From the NCBI RefSeq assembly GCF_009914755.1, contig NC_060928.1: a DNA stretch of 64,000 bases; one strand, given 5' to 3'. The notes beneath the pieces were generated by a model that worked only from the letters and a program-made list of their open reading frames with translations, was not told the origin of the DNA and did not search any database. Within the stretch, counting starts at the first letter, position 1, and each line of letters starts with the position of its first letter. A program made the position numbers and the translations under genes. Source of the stretch: the human T2T-CHM13v2.0 reference genome, Homo sapiens. Below, in pieces: positions 15,467-29,726 of the stretch.

Positions 15467-16669
15467 TATGTGACAGAATAGCAGGAAACTCTGATGGAGA
15501 AAAAGAAAGGATACTTTGGGGTAGAAGGTAAAGAGACCGCCTTACCTTATTTAATGAGTCATTTTGTTGCTTTTGGGAATTTATGACTTGCATTGAAAAC
15601 TATCATAGATTTATTGACTATATGTGTATGTATTTATATGTATATATATATGGTACTAAAAATTTCAAATACAAGTATACTTGAATTTATTAGTCTGATT
15701 TACTGTTCTCATGATTAGATGAAATCAAAGGCAGGGTTCTTTTCAAAAATTCCTTAGAGACACCTTGAGATAAGGAACAAACTTGCTCTATAATGAGTAG
15801 GGAAGTTTGCCTCTCACAGTCTAAGAACATACATTTCAATAAAACTGGCTATTTCGTTAGATTCAAGGGAAAACATTGCAAACATTGTACAGGTCATATT
15901 GAACATTATGAGGAAATTAGACAGACAGACAATAGTCCAAAAGATATTTATTTTTAAAGGCTGGCAATGTAAGTAATTGGAAAAGAAAATATGAATTTGA
16001 ATAAGTTATTTGATAGAAATAACTTGATAAAAATGGTAGTTATATAATTGCTATGACTTAAGGATATGTTATTGGAACTATAACAGTATTAGAAATGGGA
16101 GTTTTAAAAAGCAGTGTCTTACTGAAAATATGTATGATAGAAGCCTAAAACTCCTATAATTGACATGTGAATATATAATTTAAAGCCATTAATATTTTTA
16201 TTTTGATAGTAAAAACTGTTGAATAGTTAAGTGGAAAAAACAATTTCATTACTACTGGACATTAATTTTCACTTCAATAATCAGAGAAAGGAACCTGAAT
16301 GTTGCTGTCCTTAAGATATCATGTAGAATTTTAAGCAACACAAAAACCACAAGAGACGCCTTGTCCTTCTCAAACAGCTTGATTAGTTGAAGATTAAAAA
16401 ACAAAACAAAACAAAAACAGTGCTGCCAGTTGGAAAAATAGTCTCTATCCAACTATTGACTACAACCTCCCACATTGACCAAGATTTCCTTTATGATTTT
16501 GATTTATACTTGAAACGTGAAAGGCTGGATTTCTAATAGTAATTTGTGACTTTCAGTTCTATTCCTCATGCTATATGATGTGCCTAATATAAAAAAATTA
16601 AACTTCCATGTTATAAATATATAATCTCTTACTTTGGTATCCAAAATCAGAAATGCTATCATTATTATT

Positions 16670-16803
16670 TTTTTAACTTTTTTTTTAGAAGTGGGGTCTT
16701 GTTATGTTGCCCAGCCTGATCTCAAACTCCTGGCCTCGAGCAATACTTCTGCCTCAGCCTCCCAATTTGCTAGGATTACAGGCAAGAGCCACTGGGGCCA
16801 GCC
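16670..16803 (-). mobile_element. FLAM / free left Alu monomer
   Basis: poly(T) + gggtcttgttatgttgcccag...ggattacaggcaagagccactggggccagcc; single monomer. Confidence 0.88.
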
Positions 16804-18220
16804 AGTAATGTTATTAATTTGAATGGATTCTTAATATTTATACAAGATCCTATAATTTCTGATTTATCCTTAAAATAATTTTTTATATTTGTGGTACAGT
16901 GAACACTCCTTATATTTATTCCATTTAATGAAAATCCAGACTATAATTTCAGGGGTCCCTTCGTAGGCATAGGATTGATTAACTCTGATTCCTAAGATTT
17001 GGTCACGAAATTCAGGTGGTCTGCATTGTTCATTAGGATGACATTTTCCCCATATTTTAAATGTGTGAAAAGGTAACCTCACATATAAACAGAGTAGCAT
17101 TTTCATTTAATAAGATTTTTATTAATTCCAATGTATGTTATTCAAGACAAATGGTAGCCTTTAGAATTTTTGGTGATTGATTTCATTCGTATTTTCCTTA
17201 TTTTCTTCTCTCTCTTTTTTAAACATTTTCTTCACTGTACCTTTTTTGCACATTTCCTTAAGCATGGTAAAGTAAAAAAAACTTGCTTACTCTAAGCCAT
17301 TTCATGAACACTATCTTTCCAGGTCTCTGATTCTTCTCATTATTTTCCGTGGTCACCAACTGGTTCTTGCACCTCTTAGATTTTTCCCAAAATTACTGCA
17401 AAGTTTCCTGTAAGAAAAACACCTCTGCAACTCAATTAGAAAGAACCTTCCTTGTTAAAGCTGCTCCACATGTATAAAATGGGATAAGTAAGAGGTAGCA
17501 AAAAATTCAAACAGCATCTGCTCCCAAATCAAGCCACTTCAATGTTTCTTGCACAGTAGCTCTAGTTTTTGTTTCTTGAAATCTGAATGTTATTTGCATT
17601 ACTTGAATTCTGAAGACATGCTCCATATTTTCTTCCCTAAGCAAAATCCTCAACGTATTCTCTGTTAACATGTGTTATAAATCCTACTTGAATATCTATC
17701 TGCTTCCATTATCTAGCTAGGATTTTCTCTGACTGCTCTGTAGCAAGGAAATCAGAGTGCTTGTACTAGCAAATTTGCAGCAATGAACATAGGTTGGATA
17801 TCTACTGTTTGAAATATTTAATACTGGACTGAGTATTAGGGCTTCAATGACAGTAACACATTTGAGAGAGAGTCTAGTGGGGGATAAAGTCACATCAATA
17901 GATAATTTCAGTCTAATACTGTAAGCTCTGGAATTGAGGAATAATTGGGGTTATATTGGGATCCAGAAAGAGATTTATTGGTGCAACCTTAAAACCAAGG
18001 GAGAGTTTTCTGAAAAAGATGCTGCCTTGAAAAGTAAGTGGGTATGAATGTTTTCTAATAACAGAATCTCTGAGATTGGAAATAGAATGGGAGTAAGGAA
18101 AACTATGTTTTATCTTTTTATCTAGTAAAACACAGATTATCGTTAATGCTTGTTTCAAAATGTAATTTTATTATCCTTGTGAATTTCAATCAGACAAACC
18201 AAGATTGGGCATAAAGTTAC

Positions 18221-19068
18221 TGTATCAGCTAGCTGTTTCTATGTAACAAATTGCCCCAACTTAGAGTCATAACAAATTTCTCACATTCACAATTCTGTTT
18301 GTCAGATGTGTGATTCTGATCTGATCTGGGCCTACTAGGCTGGGGTTTGATGGATCAAGTGTCCACACCAACATTTCTAGTGGTTGGCATTGATTAGTTT
18401 GGTTAGGGGAGGAGGGATCTTAGATGGGATTGCTTATCTTAGCTTTACTTGATCTCTGATTCACTAACATAACAGTCATGGTGGTCTCGAGGTTCCAATG
18501 AGCAGCAAGAAAGAGCAAGGCCAAATGTGCAAGCAGTTTTCAAGCCTATGATTTTTCCTTGTTCGTTTGTTTGTTTTGTTTTTGAGACAAAGTCTCACTC
18601 CATCACCCAAGCTGGAGTGTAATGGCAGGATCATAGCTCACTGGAACCTCAACCTCCCTGGGTCAAGTGACACTCCCTCCTCAGCCACTTAAGTAGTTGT
18701 GACTACAGGTGCATGCCACAATACGCAGCTAATTTTTGTGTGTTTTTTGTGGAGACAGGGTTTCTATGTTGCCCAGACTGGTCTCGAACTCCTGAACGCA
18801 AACCGTCTGCCCTCCTTGGGCCTCCCAAAGTACTGGGATTACAGGCATGAGCCACCATGCCAGGTCCCAAGTTTGTGTTTAAGTCACATTTTTTTAAATG
18901 AGCCTTTAGGCAAAGCAAATCACATGGCCAACTCTTGTAGAAGGCAAGTCACAGAGACAATTTGTGGAGAAAGAAGCAACATTTTTAAGAGAGTAGCTGC
19001 AAATTCACATTGAAAACAGAGTATACAGTAGGACAGAAACAACCGGTGGCTGTCTTTGTAATCTACCA
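18221..19068 (-). mobile_element. Old MaLR LTR (MLT1G/H-like) interrupted by an AluJ
   Basis: tgtatcagctagctgtttctatgtaacaaattgcccc...ccaaatgtgcaagcagttttcaagcc...gcaaagcaaatcacatggcca...aatctacca. Confidence 0.7.
18559..18866 (-). mobile_element. AluJ
   Basis: tttgagacaaagtctcactc...gatcatagctcactg...gagccaccatgccaggtc. Confidence 0.93.
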
Positions 19069-19365
19069 GTTGTGCATAGACCGTACAAAGTTTTATCATG
19101 AGTATGTCAGCCTCCTCATGGATGTCCTTGTTTTGTCTACTTTTTTAAATTGTAATCTTTCATGAAAAACTTCCTCCAATACCTTTTTTTTCTAGTTTTA
19201 ATTTATCAACTCTGTTAAGAAATCAGAGGCAAGAAAATTATTTTCTTTGGAAGGAGATATTGATATTATTTTTTAAAGAAATTTCCATGCTACTCAGCAC
19301 AGACATTTGAAATGTTCCATTTTTGTTTCATTGCTTTATTGCTAGGTTTTTGGAGAATGTGAGAT

Positions 19366-19389
19366 ACACACACACACACACACACACAC
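19366..19389. repeat. (CA)n microsatellite
   Basis: acacacac... run. Confidence 0.95.
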
Positions 19390-20415
19390 TCTAATCATAA
19401 CCTCCTGTGTGTGTGTATTTATGTATTTGTTATACTTTCGATTTACAGCAACCTTTATGATATTTTTGATTCAGTTTTTCCCTGGTGTTCGAAGTACTTC
19501 TAGCTAGTAATTGAAACTCATAAGGTGGCTGGTTGCTGCTTTCTGGCCACCAGGGTGCCATTCACAGCAGAGCCACTGGAGCCACTGCAGTTCACACTTG
19601 AAAGTTCTGGGGACTGAAACTGATCTCATGTTTTTCTTTCTTTGTTCAATCCAGCTATATCAACTGTTTGAACTCTGTGTTATGGAGGAGGCAAATTTAA
19701 TTTCTGGAGCTTACTGCTAGCTAAGCAAAAATGTGCAGCTTCTCATTCTTGTAACGGCAAATAGTTAAAATTTCATCTGTGTCAAGTTTCTTTTCTGGGA
19801 GTTTTTGTAAGTAAAAAGAGTAGAATTAGTGAGTAAAATCACGAATGAAAAATATTTAAATCTTATTAAGTAATTTAGGATACTTTTTCATATCTTTAGA
19901 AATATATATATATATATATGAAATAAGGCTGGCTTTATGCTTCTTCCTTTAAAAAAATGCGAGGGTATCTTTTATGAATAGGAATACTTCCCAGTAAATA
20001 TAACAGATTAAACTCATATAACTAATTTCTCTACATTCTGAAACCTTTACTAAAATGACAATGAAGAGATTTTTAAGACATACATCCTAGGGCAATGGAA
20101 AGAACAAGACACAGGACAGGCGATAATAGCTAGACAGCTTTGGAAACTGGAAGGTAGATGGATGAGTGGTAACTAATTGAAGATACCTGAGAAACTTCAG
20201 ATCTAAACTGATTTTGAGAAAAGCTTAAAATGACCTTCATCTGAATGTCTAAGGGAGTTATGGTACCAATGATGGCTTTTCCTGAGGTGGAAAATAAAAT
20301 GAAAGTAAAGCTACTTTGTAAGTCAGACTCCGAAAGAAGCCTAGGTACTTGAAGCCGGGTACCAGTGTCTCTTTTATGCTTGGCACTCTCTTTCCTTCAC
20401 TTCTTAAAGAAGTAG

Positions 20416-20781
<366 letters not shown>

Positions 20782-22449
20782 AATTGTGACCTTTTTTAAA
20801 GGATAGTTCTTTTCTGTATTATGAACAGATTTTATGATTATTATTTTATCGGCTTATTTGTTATTTTTGTTTGTTTTTTATTTGTTGTTTTGTTTTGTTT
20901 TAAACAATAAAGTATTTTTAGGACTCTTTAGAGGACTTACCTTATGGAACAAGTACATGTTGATAATAAACAATCTTATGGCTTTATTTAACTTTGATTA
21001 GTGTTTTTATATCCTTCTTTTTACATTTCTTACTTTCTTTTTTCTAGCTTCATTTTTTATCTGTATCCTGTCTCAATTATATAGTTTATTTTAGTAACAT
21101 TGATGGATTGAGGCCTTGATGTTACAATGAAATTATCACAGATAAAATTTTTGTCTTGATTTTAAGCAGCAACAATGGTGATAAATACAACAATAGCATT
21201 CTTTCTAAGAAAGATATTACTATCTTCCCTTTCTCTAGCCAGCTGACCCCAGTATACAGTATCCTTGCTGCAAATTTCTTAGTGTTTAGAGTTGTTGGAG
21301 AACTTTATATGGTAAATTGGTAAAAACCTGAATGGAAAAGGAGAATTATTAATTTTGAATATTTTTAATTAATGAATGTTTAGTGTTGGGATATTATGTG
21401 TTAACACCTTGATCCTCTTCATTATCTTTTTAAAAAATACTATAATCTTAATATTAGTGAAAATCTTTGTAAATAACTGTTCTCGGTTTGACAAACATAG
21501 CCCTTTTTTTCCTCAGTAGGCTTATTTAGTTCTTCTAAACAGCTAATTTTCCTTTTACTTGTGGTCGTCAAGATAGCAGCGCTAATTAATTGAATAAAAC
21601 AAGGACATTTTAGTGTTTTATTTCCTTTGTGGTTTTAATTTTTGCTATGAAATTTAAAATTAAAGAAGAAAAATAGTTATATGTCTCCTTTTTTGCCTTA
21701 AAAGGAGAAAAAGGCAATTAATCCCCACCTCCAGAATTAATTCATGTGAAGACTAAGGGTAGAAGAAATTATTGTTTTTGTCTATGCCTGTACTTGTAAG
21801 CAAAACTTTAGTTAGACAGTTAGACTGCAGTAATTACTCATCAAGAGCCTGCCTGCATGTCGGTAGCTGTGTTGGTATATTTATGGGTTGCTTTTAGTGA
21901 TTTCTAAGAATTTACAGAACCAAGTTAGAGGCATGTGTACAGAACAAGGAAACTTTGGGGCTGAATTAAACATTTCAAATAAAAGTAGTCTTTTAAAGTA
22001 AAATTATATGCAACCATTGACCTGACAACAGTGAGCCAAATCTCTTCATTTTCATTTAAAATATTCTGTAAAGCTTCTATATTCAAAGTAAAATCCCACC
22101 ATATGCAGACTATTCTATTAAAAAAAGAGAATGCTAATTAATACCAATATTGACATTATATCTATTGGATTAAACAAAAATGTCCATATAATGTTCTCAC
22201 TGGGTGTTACAAAGGACACATATCCAACAATGAGAGGATGAACTTTTTGGAAAAAATGTCTTAATTTAACATTCTCATCATTGCCTCCCATTTTTCCAAA
22301 TATTTTCTTATCAATTTAGTCTGATCCATTAAGAATCTTTTTATACATGAGATGGAATAATAATAATTAAAGTAAAAATCATAATGATAAGAAGAAGGAG
22401 GAGGAAGAAGAAGAGACAACAATGAAGATGATGATGAAAAAAGAAAAAA

Positions 22450-22700
22450 GAACAGTTAACATTTGTGAAACATTTACTATGTGCTAGGCATTCTGGTGTG
22501 CACTTTATGTGGATTATCTCATTTAATCCCCATAAAAAATGGGTAGATACAAATTGTGTTTCTATTTTTAAAACGAGGAAAATTGATCTCAGAGGATTTG
22601 AATATTTTTTCTCAAAATCACATAGCTAGTAAGTAATAAATTTCAGATTGAATTCAAAGCAGTCATATTCAAGAACTCACTCTAACCATAACATTCTACT
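22450..22700 (-). mobile_element. MIR
   Basis: catttactatgtgctaggcattctgg...tctcatttaatccc...acgaggaaaattgatctcagagg...catagctagtaagt. Confidence 0.8.
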
Positions 22701-23499
22701 CCTTTCTCCTCAATGCCAAGTTTAGTCATATCATAAAGAAACTATTATAATGTCATCCTTTTCAGGAAAAATTAAGCAAAAAATGAGAAAACCACCTATT
22801 TCCTCATGAGTTTTTTTATTTCAGAGGGAAACAACGTTCAAAAAATTAATGTTCTAGAGGTCACATTAATAGACCGATAAATAGAAAATGGTTTTGAAAT
22901 CTCTCTAACTTTAAAGTGTTTGCCTTTATAACCAAGCATTAATCTTTCCCACAATGGCCTGGAATAACACGTATACCAATTTGAAGAACTGACCCAGGCT
23001 CACTGACTTCAAACCTTATTCTGTTCTTGCTACCCTCTTTCATTTAGTCTTTGCCACATCTTCTTCCCTAAGTTCCTCAGTTGTTCTTGCTTCTCTTAGT
23101 TTAACCGTACACACTGTCCTGATAAAACCAGTTCTCACTCAGCAATGTCTTGACTTTCCAAGAGACCATCCCAATCAGTGTGCTTTGGTTCTTTCAAAAG
23201 TGGGTGCAACAAAACTTATCTTTAATTTTTTTTAAGAGAAAAGATTGTGTTCAAGCAGAAGTATGTAGTCACAGCCCTATAAATTTAAAATAATATGAAT
23301 GAAAAACAGAAAATACTCTATCACCTTATTTTGTGAAGTTTGAATTTTAGGATGCAATCCTTTCAGAAATATTTCTGTTTAGTTTTCTCCAAAAATAAAA
23401 CACATTTCATATTTCAAGAACTGATTCAGTCTCTCCCATCCTTACCTGTAATTTCCAGTAACTGGTAGGCAATTTGTACCTGACCTTAATTCTTACAGC

Positions 23500-24320
23500 A
23501 AGTATTTACTACATTCTTCATATGTGTTTGGCACTTACTAGGCTATAGGGAGTCTCTACTGAGGAAGGCAAACATTCAGATAATAACCCTAAGAAGTATA
23601 TTATTAGTCTGATAGATGTCCTCTGAAAGCTAACCGTGTTACATAAGAGCACTTAATAAAGGAATGTGATCTAGTCTGAGGTGGTGGTGGTGGGTGTCAT
23701 GTGTAACCCCTAAAAGGAACATGAACTGAAACCAAGGAGAACAGTCAGGAAGTGCTTGAAGGTGGAATGGAACTCAAGAAGAGGAAACAACATAGCCAAA
23801 AACCAGCCTTAAAGACTCCATTTAAAGTTTGTAACTGGCACTCAGAGTACATGGGGGTGAATAAAGAGTGATGCTAGAGATTCGGGCAAGTTTCAGATCA
23901 TGCAAGGTCTTACTGGCTGCATGACAACATTTTGGCTTAAGCCTATAGATAGTAAAGATTTGCTGAATGGATTCAAGCAATGGTGAAAAACAGCCTATTC
24001 AATTTTCATTTTTAAGGAAATGAATGGCATAGTGAAAAGAGAAAAAAATAAAATCGATTTGCATTTTGAAGAGATATGGCTGTAGAGTGGATTTGATGGG
24101 CCAGAGTAGATATTCAAACTGGAGTCAGCAAACAGCTTTTATAGGTTATTAGAGTCTAAGGGAGCTATGATAGCATTTTAGACAATTAGTGAAGAATGGG
24201 ATATAGAAAATGAGGCCATGAGATGTATTCTGGATGACTCCTGGGTTTTTTGGTTTATATTACTAGGTAGATCATAGTAAGAAAGAAAACCTGGAAGAAG
24301 AACAGTTTTGGGCAGAATAT
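23500..24320 (-). mobile_element. L2 fragment
   Basis: gcaagtatttactac...cagatcatgcaaggtctt...atttgcattttgaagagat; approximate boundaries. Confidence 0.55.
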
Positions 24321-24352
24321 TCATTCAGCAAATATTTTATGAGTGCCAACTC

Positions 24353-24555
24353 AAGCCCTTCCCAACCAGGGTTCCTTGAAAGAATTAAGCCCTAAATGTC
24401 TCCTAAAATGTTTATTATATGTAACAAATTACTGCTTTCCTATGCATCTAGAATGATACCAGTCTTGTAATCCTTGGAAGAATTGAAAAAATAGTCCATA
24501 AAGTCATTTTATATAGAGTTTAATTGTTTTGTGGAACCCAGGTTGAGAAAGGCTG
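24353..24555. mobile_element. hAT-Charlie-type MITE (MER112-like)
   Basis: ~23-bp imperfect TIRs aagcccttcccaaccagggttcc / ggaacccaggttgagaaaggctg; splits an L2-like tail. Confidence 0.7.
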
Positions 24556-26799
24556 AGTTACTTTATGCCAGATATTCTACCTATGCTTTGAATCTAATGG
24601 ATATGAGATGTCATTAAGAATTTGAAGTGAAGATAAACCATTGTCATAAGATTAACTATAATGATGTAATTTTATGTACTAAACTACCCCCAAAAGCAGC
24701 TTAAATATTTTGTTATATACAGTTAAGAAATCTATTTTTTAAAACTTATAAATTACTTTAAAATTACACTATTGTAGTAGATATGCCTCATTAATGTCCT
24801 CATTCTCAGTTACTTTAGGGACAATTTTTTTGCCTTGTATTAAAAAATGCAAATTATTTTGAAAAATTGCCTAGATAATGATACTGAACCAAAAAGAGCT
24901 GCAAATGTAGAACGTGAAATGTAGAAAATAAAACAATGTCATGTGAACTTTGACTCTTGTATGTAGTTACATTAAGGTTAAGTATTGTTTTTCATCCAGC
25001 CAAATCATTCAACGGTTATTTATTTAGTGCTTGGTGTATGCCAAGCAGTGTTCATGCCACTGAGATAAAGCAGTGAACAAACTAGATAAAGTGTATATGT
25101 TTGTGGGTGGGGTAGGCCATATTGCTCTTTATATGGAGTGCTCAGAAAAGTTCAGTCATAAACATAATTGGTAGTATTTATTCCAAAAACTACATGAACT
25201 TAATGTATAAATATTAGATGCTTTAATGCTATTTTTTACTTGCTTTAGATAATAATGTTGTTAGAATAAAGCATATAAATATATGCACACATGTATATAC
25301 ATACATTCATACCAACATGAATTGGTGTATGTATATATATCAGCACATACATTCGTTACGTTGCTAATTTATAATTTCTCTCTATACAACCCTTACCTAG
25401 ATATTTTCTACTTATTAATTTGAGTATTTTTGAATTTGAATATAGGCCATTTGTCCCTTCACATACCTTAGATTCCTAATGAGAGGTCAGACAAATATAT
25501 AAAAATGCATAATACAAAGCTAAGAATTTGGATAGAGGTCAATACAGGGTGATACAGGATGACACTGGTAAATCATATGTCTCAGCATAATATGGTAAGG
25601 AAGACTTTACAGAGACAACTAAGCTTCTTAAAGGAGGAATAAAGATGAACAGAAGTGTGGGTGTTGGTATTCTAGGCATAACATTAAACTAATTTTGAGT
25701 AGTAAGTAAGTAAAGGGTGAAAACTGCATTCATTAGCAGTGTTCTCTTTTGCTCTATTTTATGTATTTCTGTATAGCATACAACCATGATTAAGTGTCTG
25801 CAAGTGTGTAACTATTAAGAACTCCTCAGTTTTTGCAGAGTAAATTAAATGCCATTATACTTTCTTAACACTCTACAGTTTAAAATATATATTTACATGG
25901 CTTTCTATTTGACCTTAAAATCAAATTAGAAAACCCCGGATAAAAATATTAAGTCATTTCTCACTTTAAAATCTACAAAAAAAAAATTTACTTTTTCATG
26001 TGATTTAAGGATTTATTTTTAAAATATTCCTGTATAGTGATTAAATTAATGTTTTACATAGTGACTTTTGTTTAAGTGTGTCTTTAGCTCTATTTCTTTT
26101 TCTCTAAATATCCATTTATTTGGATTAAACTGCTTATCGTCAAGTATTCATATTTTCATACAATTCATAATTCAGCCTATTTCTTCAAACGCAAAATTTA
26201 GGTAAGAACCAAGTTGGTGTTATTGACTGTATGCCATTTTTCATCTCCTCAAACATCTTTAAAGGTATTTTTTTTCTCTTTTGATCTCTAATTTAATATC
26301 CTATTAGTACTGTCTACCCTATTGCAAAGTTGAAACGTGAAATTTCTTCTTTCTCAAGAGGGATGAAGCACAACAAAAACATTAATCACTAATTAAAAAT
26401 TTAACTTTAAGCCCAAGGATATGTTTCCTAAGTTATGTTTATATAAATCCCTTATTTTATAATTGTATTTTCTATTATAACTTTATGAAGGAAAACTGGA
26501 AGTAGTTTGATGCTGATGAAAGAACCTAGTTTTAAAGTGATATAGACGTAAGTTCAGTAACAGCTTTTATTTATCAGTGAAATTATCTTTACATAATCCT
26601 CCTGAGTTTTACTATTTTAATCTCTAAAAGGAAATAATATTATCAAATTTTAACATATAGGTTTTTATGAAAATTAGATGAAATGTAATATACTACTCAG
26701 ACGCTTCAGTGTATCTGACTTAGAGGTAGTGCACAGTTGTAGTTTCTTTTGAGTTCCTCTCCGTATTTTAAATTAAATGTCTGTCATTACATTTAAATA

Positions 26800-26850
26800 T
26801 TAGGTTGATGTGAAAATAATTGTTGTTTTTGCCATTATTTTTAATACCTA
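26800..26850. mobile_element. Half MADE1 (Hsmar1-derived MITE)
   Basis: ttaggttgatgtgaaaataattgttgtttttgccatta matches one MADE1 arm; the other arm is nearly absent. Confidence 0.75.
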
Positions 26851-27175
26851 CAATAAGAGTATACTTCATCAATTCATAATTTTAATCTGGATTTGCTCCT
26901 TTTCAAATAAATTAAAATAACCCTCTACCCTTTATTGCCTCTGATTAATATTTTTATTATCAATTACCATTTCTCTGATGAATCATGAAACGTTGTATTA
27001 CTAGTATTTTGCGGAATTTTGAACCTTTACTTGATCTTATATTAATTTTCCCTTATTTAAAATTTGTCTTTTCTACTTGTAGCTTGTGCAAAAAAAATAA
27101 ACTTACTTTTTTTAGAAATGTTCATATATATTCCTTCAGAGTTGGCACAGTGGTAATTATTAATAATGAATAGTT

Positions 27176-27520
<345 letters not shown>

Positions 27521-27924
27521 TCAGTATATTGGAATTACAAAAGACTGCATTTTACAAAATAGAATAAATGGTAGGGTTTGGGTATTTCGAAGGGGATAGT
27601 ACCCTTCTAAGTCCACCCTGCCTGCTTATATTGCCTTAATTTCCCAATTTTTTAAACCTCTCTTTTGCATTAAACTTTAAAAAAATATGAACACATTGCT
27701 TTGAAGATTATCTGAGTCACTGTCATATGTTTTGTGTTTGGGTGGGCTAGGGGATTGAGGAAATGAAAGGAGGACATTCAGAAATAAGGCTCTACAGATA
27801 GGCAGGGAGCAAACCTCAATAACAAGGATGCTTGGACCAAATGGGTTCGTGTTACAGAGTAACTCTCCTTGGAGTTAATTTAATAACATGATACACATTC
27901 TAATGATAATGGTAATAGTAATAA

Positions 27925-28170
27925 TAATAGCAGCTAATACTTACATAACATGGTTATGTGCAAGGCTTGCTATTAATTTACTTAATTCTGTAACTACCCT
28001 TAAATATAAGTACTAATATTGTCTCCTATTACATTGTGGAAAAAAAACTGACACAGAGAGGTTTAATAACTTGGCCAAAAATTACACATCTATGAAGTGG
28101 TGAAGTCTGGAGACAAATGTGAGCAGTTCTGTCCTAGAGTCTCTCTGCTCCTCACTCTTACCCTGCACTG
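27925..28170 (-). mobile_element. MIR
   Basis: gcagctaatacttac...aactgacacagagaggtttaataacttggccaaaattacacatct. Confidence 0.8.
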
Positions 28171-29279
28171 CCAATCTGATCAGCCTTGCTGGTCCTATCT
28201 ACTGCTGACAGCTACGGTAACTTAATGATTAGTGGGATGAAAATAATGCATGTTTCAGATTCTTTGACAAAGTATTCACTTTAAGACAAAGAAGCTCTTA
28301 GAGAATAATGAGTATTTATAATGTGGTTTACCCATCACTGAGTTATTCAGCAATTTCATTTAACATTTTTCATCTTACTAATGACAAGTTTAATTTAATT
28401 ATAAATGAAGGGTATGAGTCTAAATCACAGTTTGACATATTAACCTCCCTACTTAGAAAGTTCTGGTATGGTTTCCTAGCATGGAAGATGGTTGGTTCTT
28501 TTCTCCTGCAGAAAAGATTACTCTTAGCATTTTTTTCATTCTTGTTCAGGTTTTGAGGGAAGTGTTCATTTCTTCTCAAAGAGAGGGCTGTAAAGATGGT
28601 GGGAACTGCTTTGCCGAAATTCAACTCATTCTGCTTCAAAATACAGCTCAGGGAGAGCCCTGTATAAGAATCTTAGCATTAAAGAAAATAAAATTGGACT
28701 TTGTTCTTGTTGACAGTATATAAAACCCCCAGAGAGTAAGTGCTGCCACAGGATAGTATTGGTACCTTCTGTTTACATAGCACCTATTTCTACAAAGCAA
28801 ATACAGCTTCACTTGCATGACAGCCTCCCAGTCTCTGGGACCTGAAATCTTGCTACAGCACTAGGGTAACAAATCCATGCTGAGAAAACAAGTGAGACTT
28901 TGGTGAGAATGATATGCTTTGCAGAGAAGCAGGGTGAGAATTAGTGAAATTTGTCATATACAGATGGAGACTCTTTGGGAACCTCTTTCGCTTAAAAGTA
29001 CTATGGAGATAGAAAAGATTCATTTTCATTTTCTGAAAGAACAACCTGGAACATTTGCAAATAATTGATGCTGATACTATTAGAAATCAGTAGAGAAAAA
29101 TGTTTATCTTCTTGGCAATGTAGTGAGAGTAATTACACCCCTATTATTACTTACTTTGTAGACATGTATTTGCAGTTTAACAACATAAATCTATTCATCT
29201 TGTTTATTCAGGGCCATCAACTATTAGTATCTCAAGTTGTTCTATATGGTTTTTCTCCATTTTAAAAAAAAGTCCAAGT

Positions 29280-29726
<447 letters not shown>

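Noticed and set aside
19366-19416. (CA)n followed by a short (TG)n that could fold back
   Set aside because: Simple-repeat complementarity, very common
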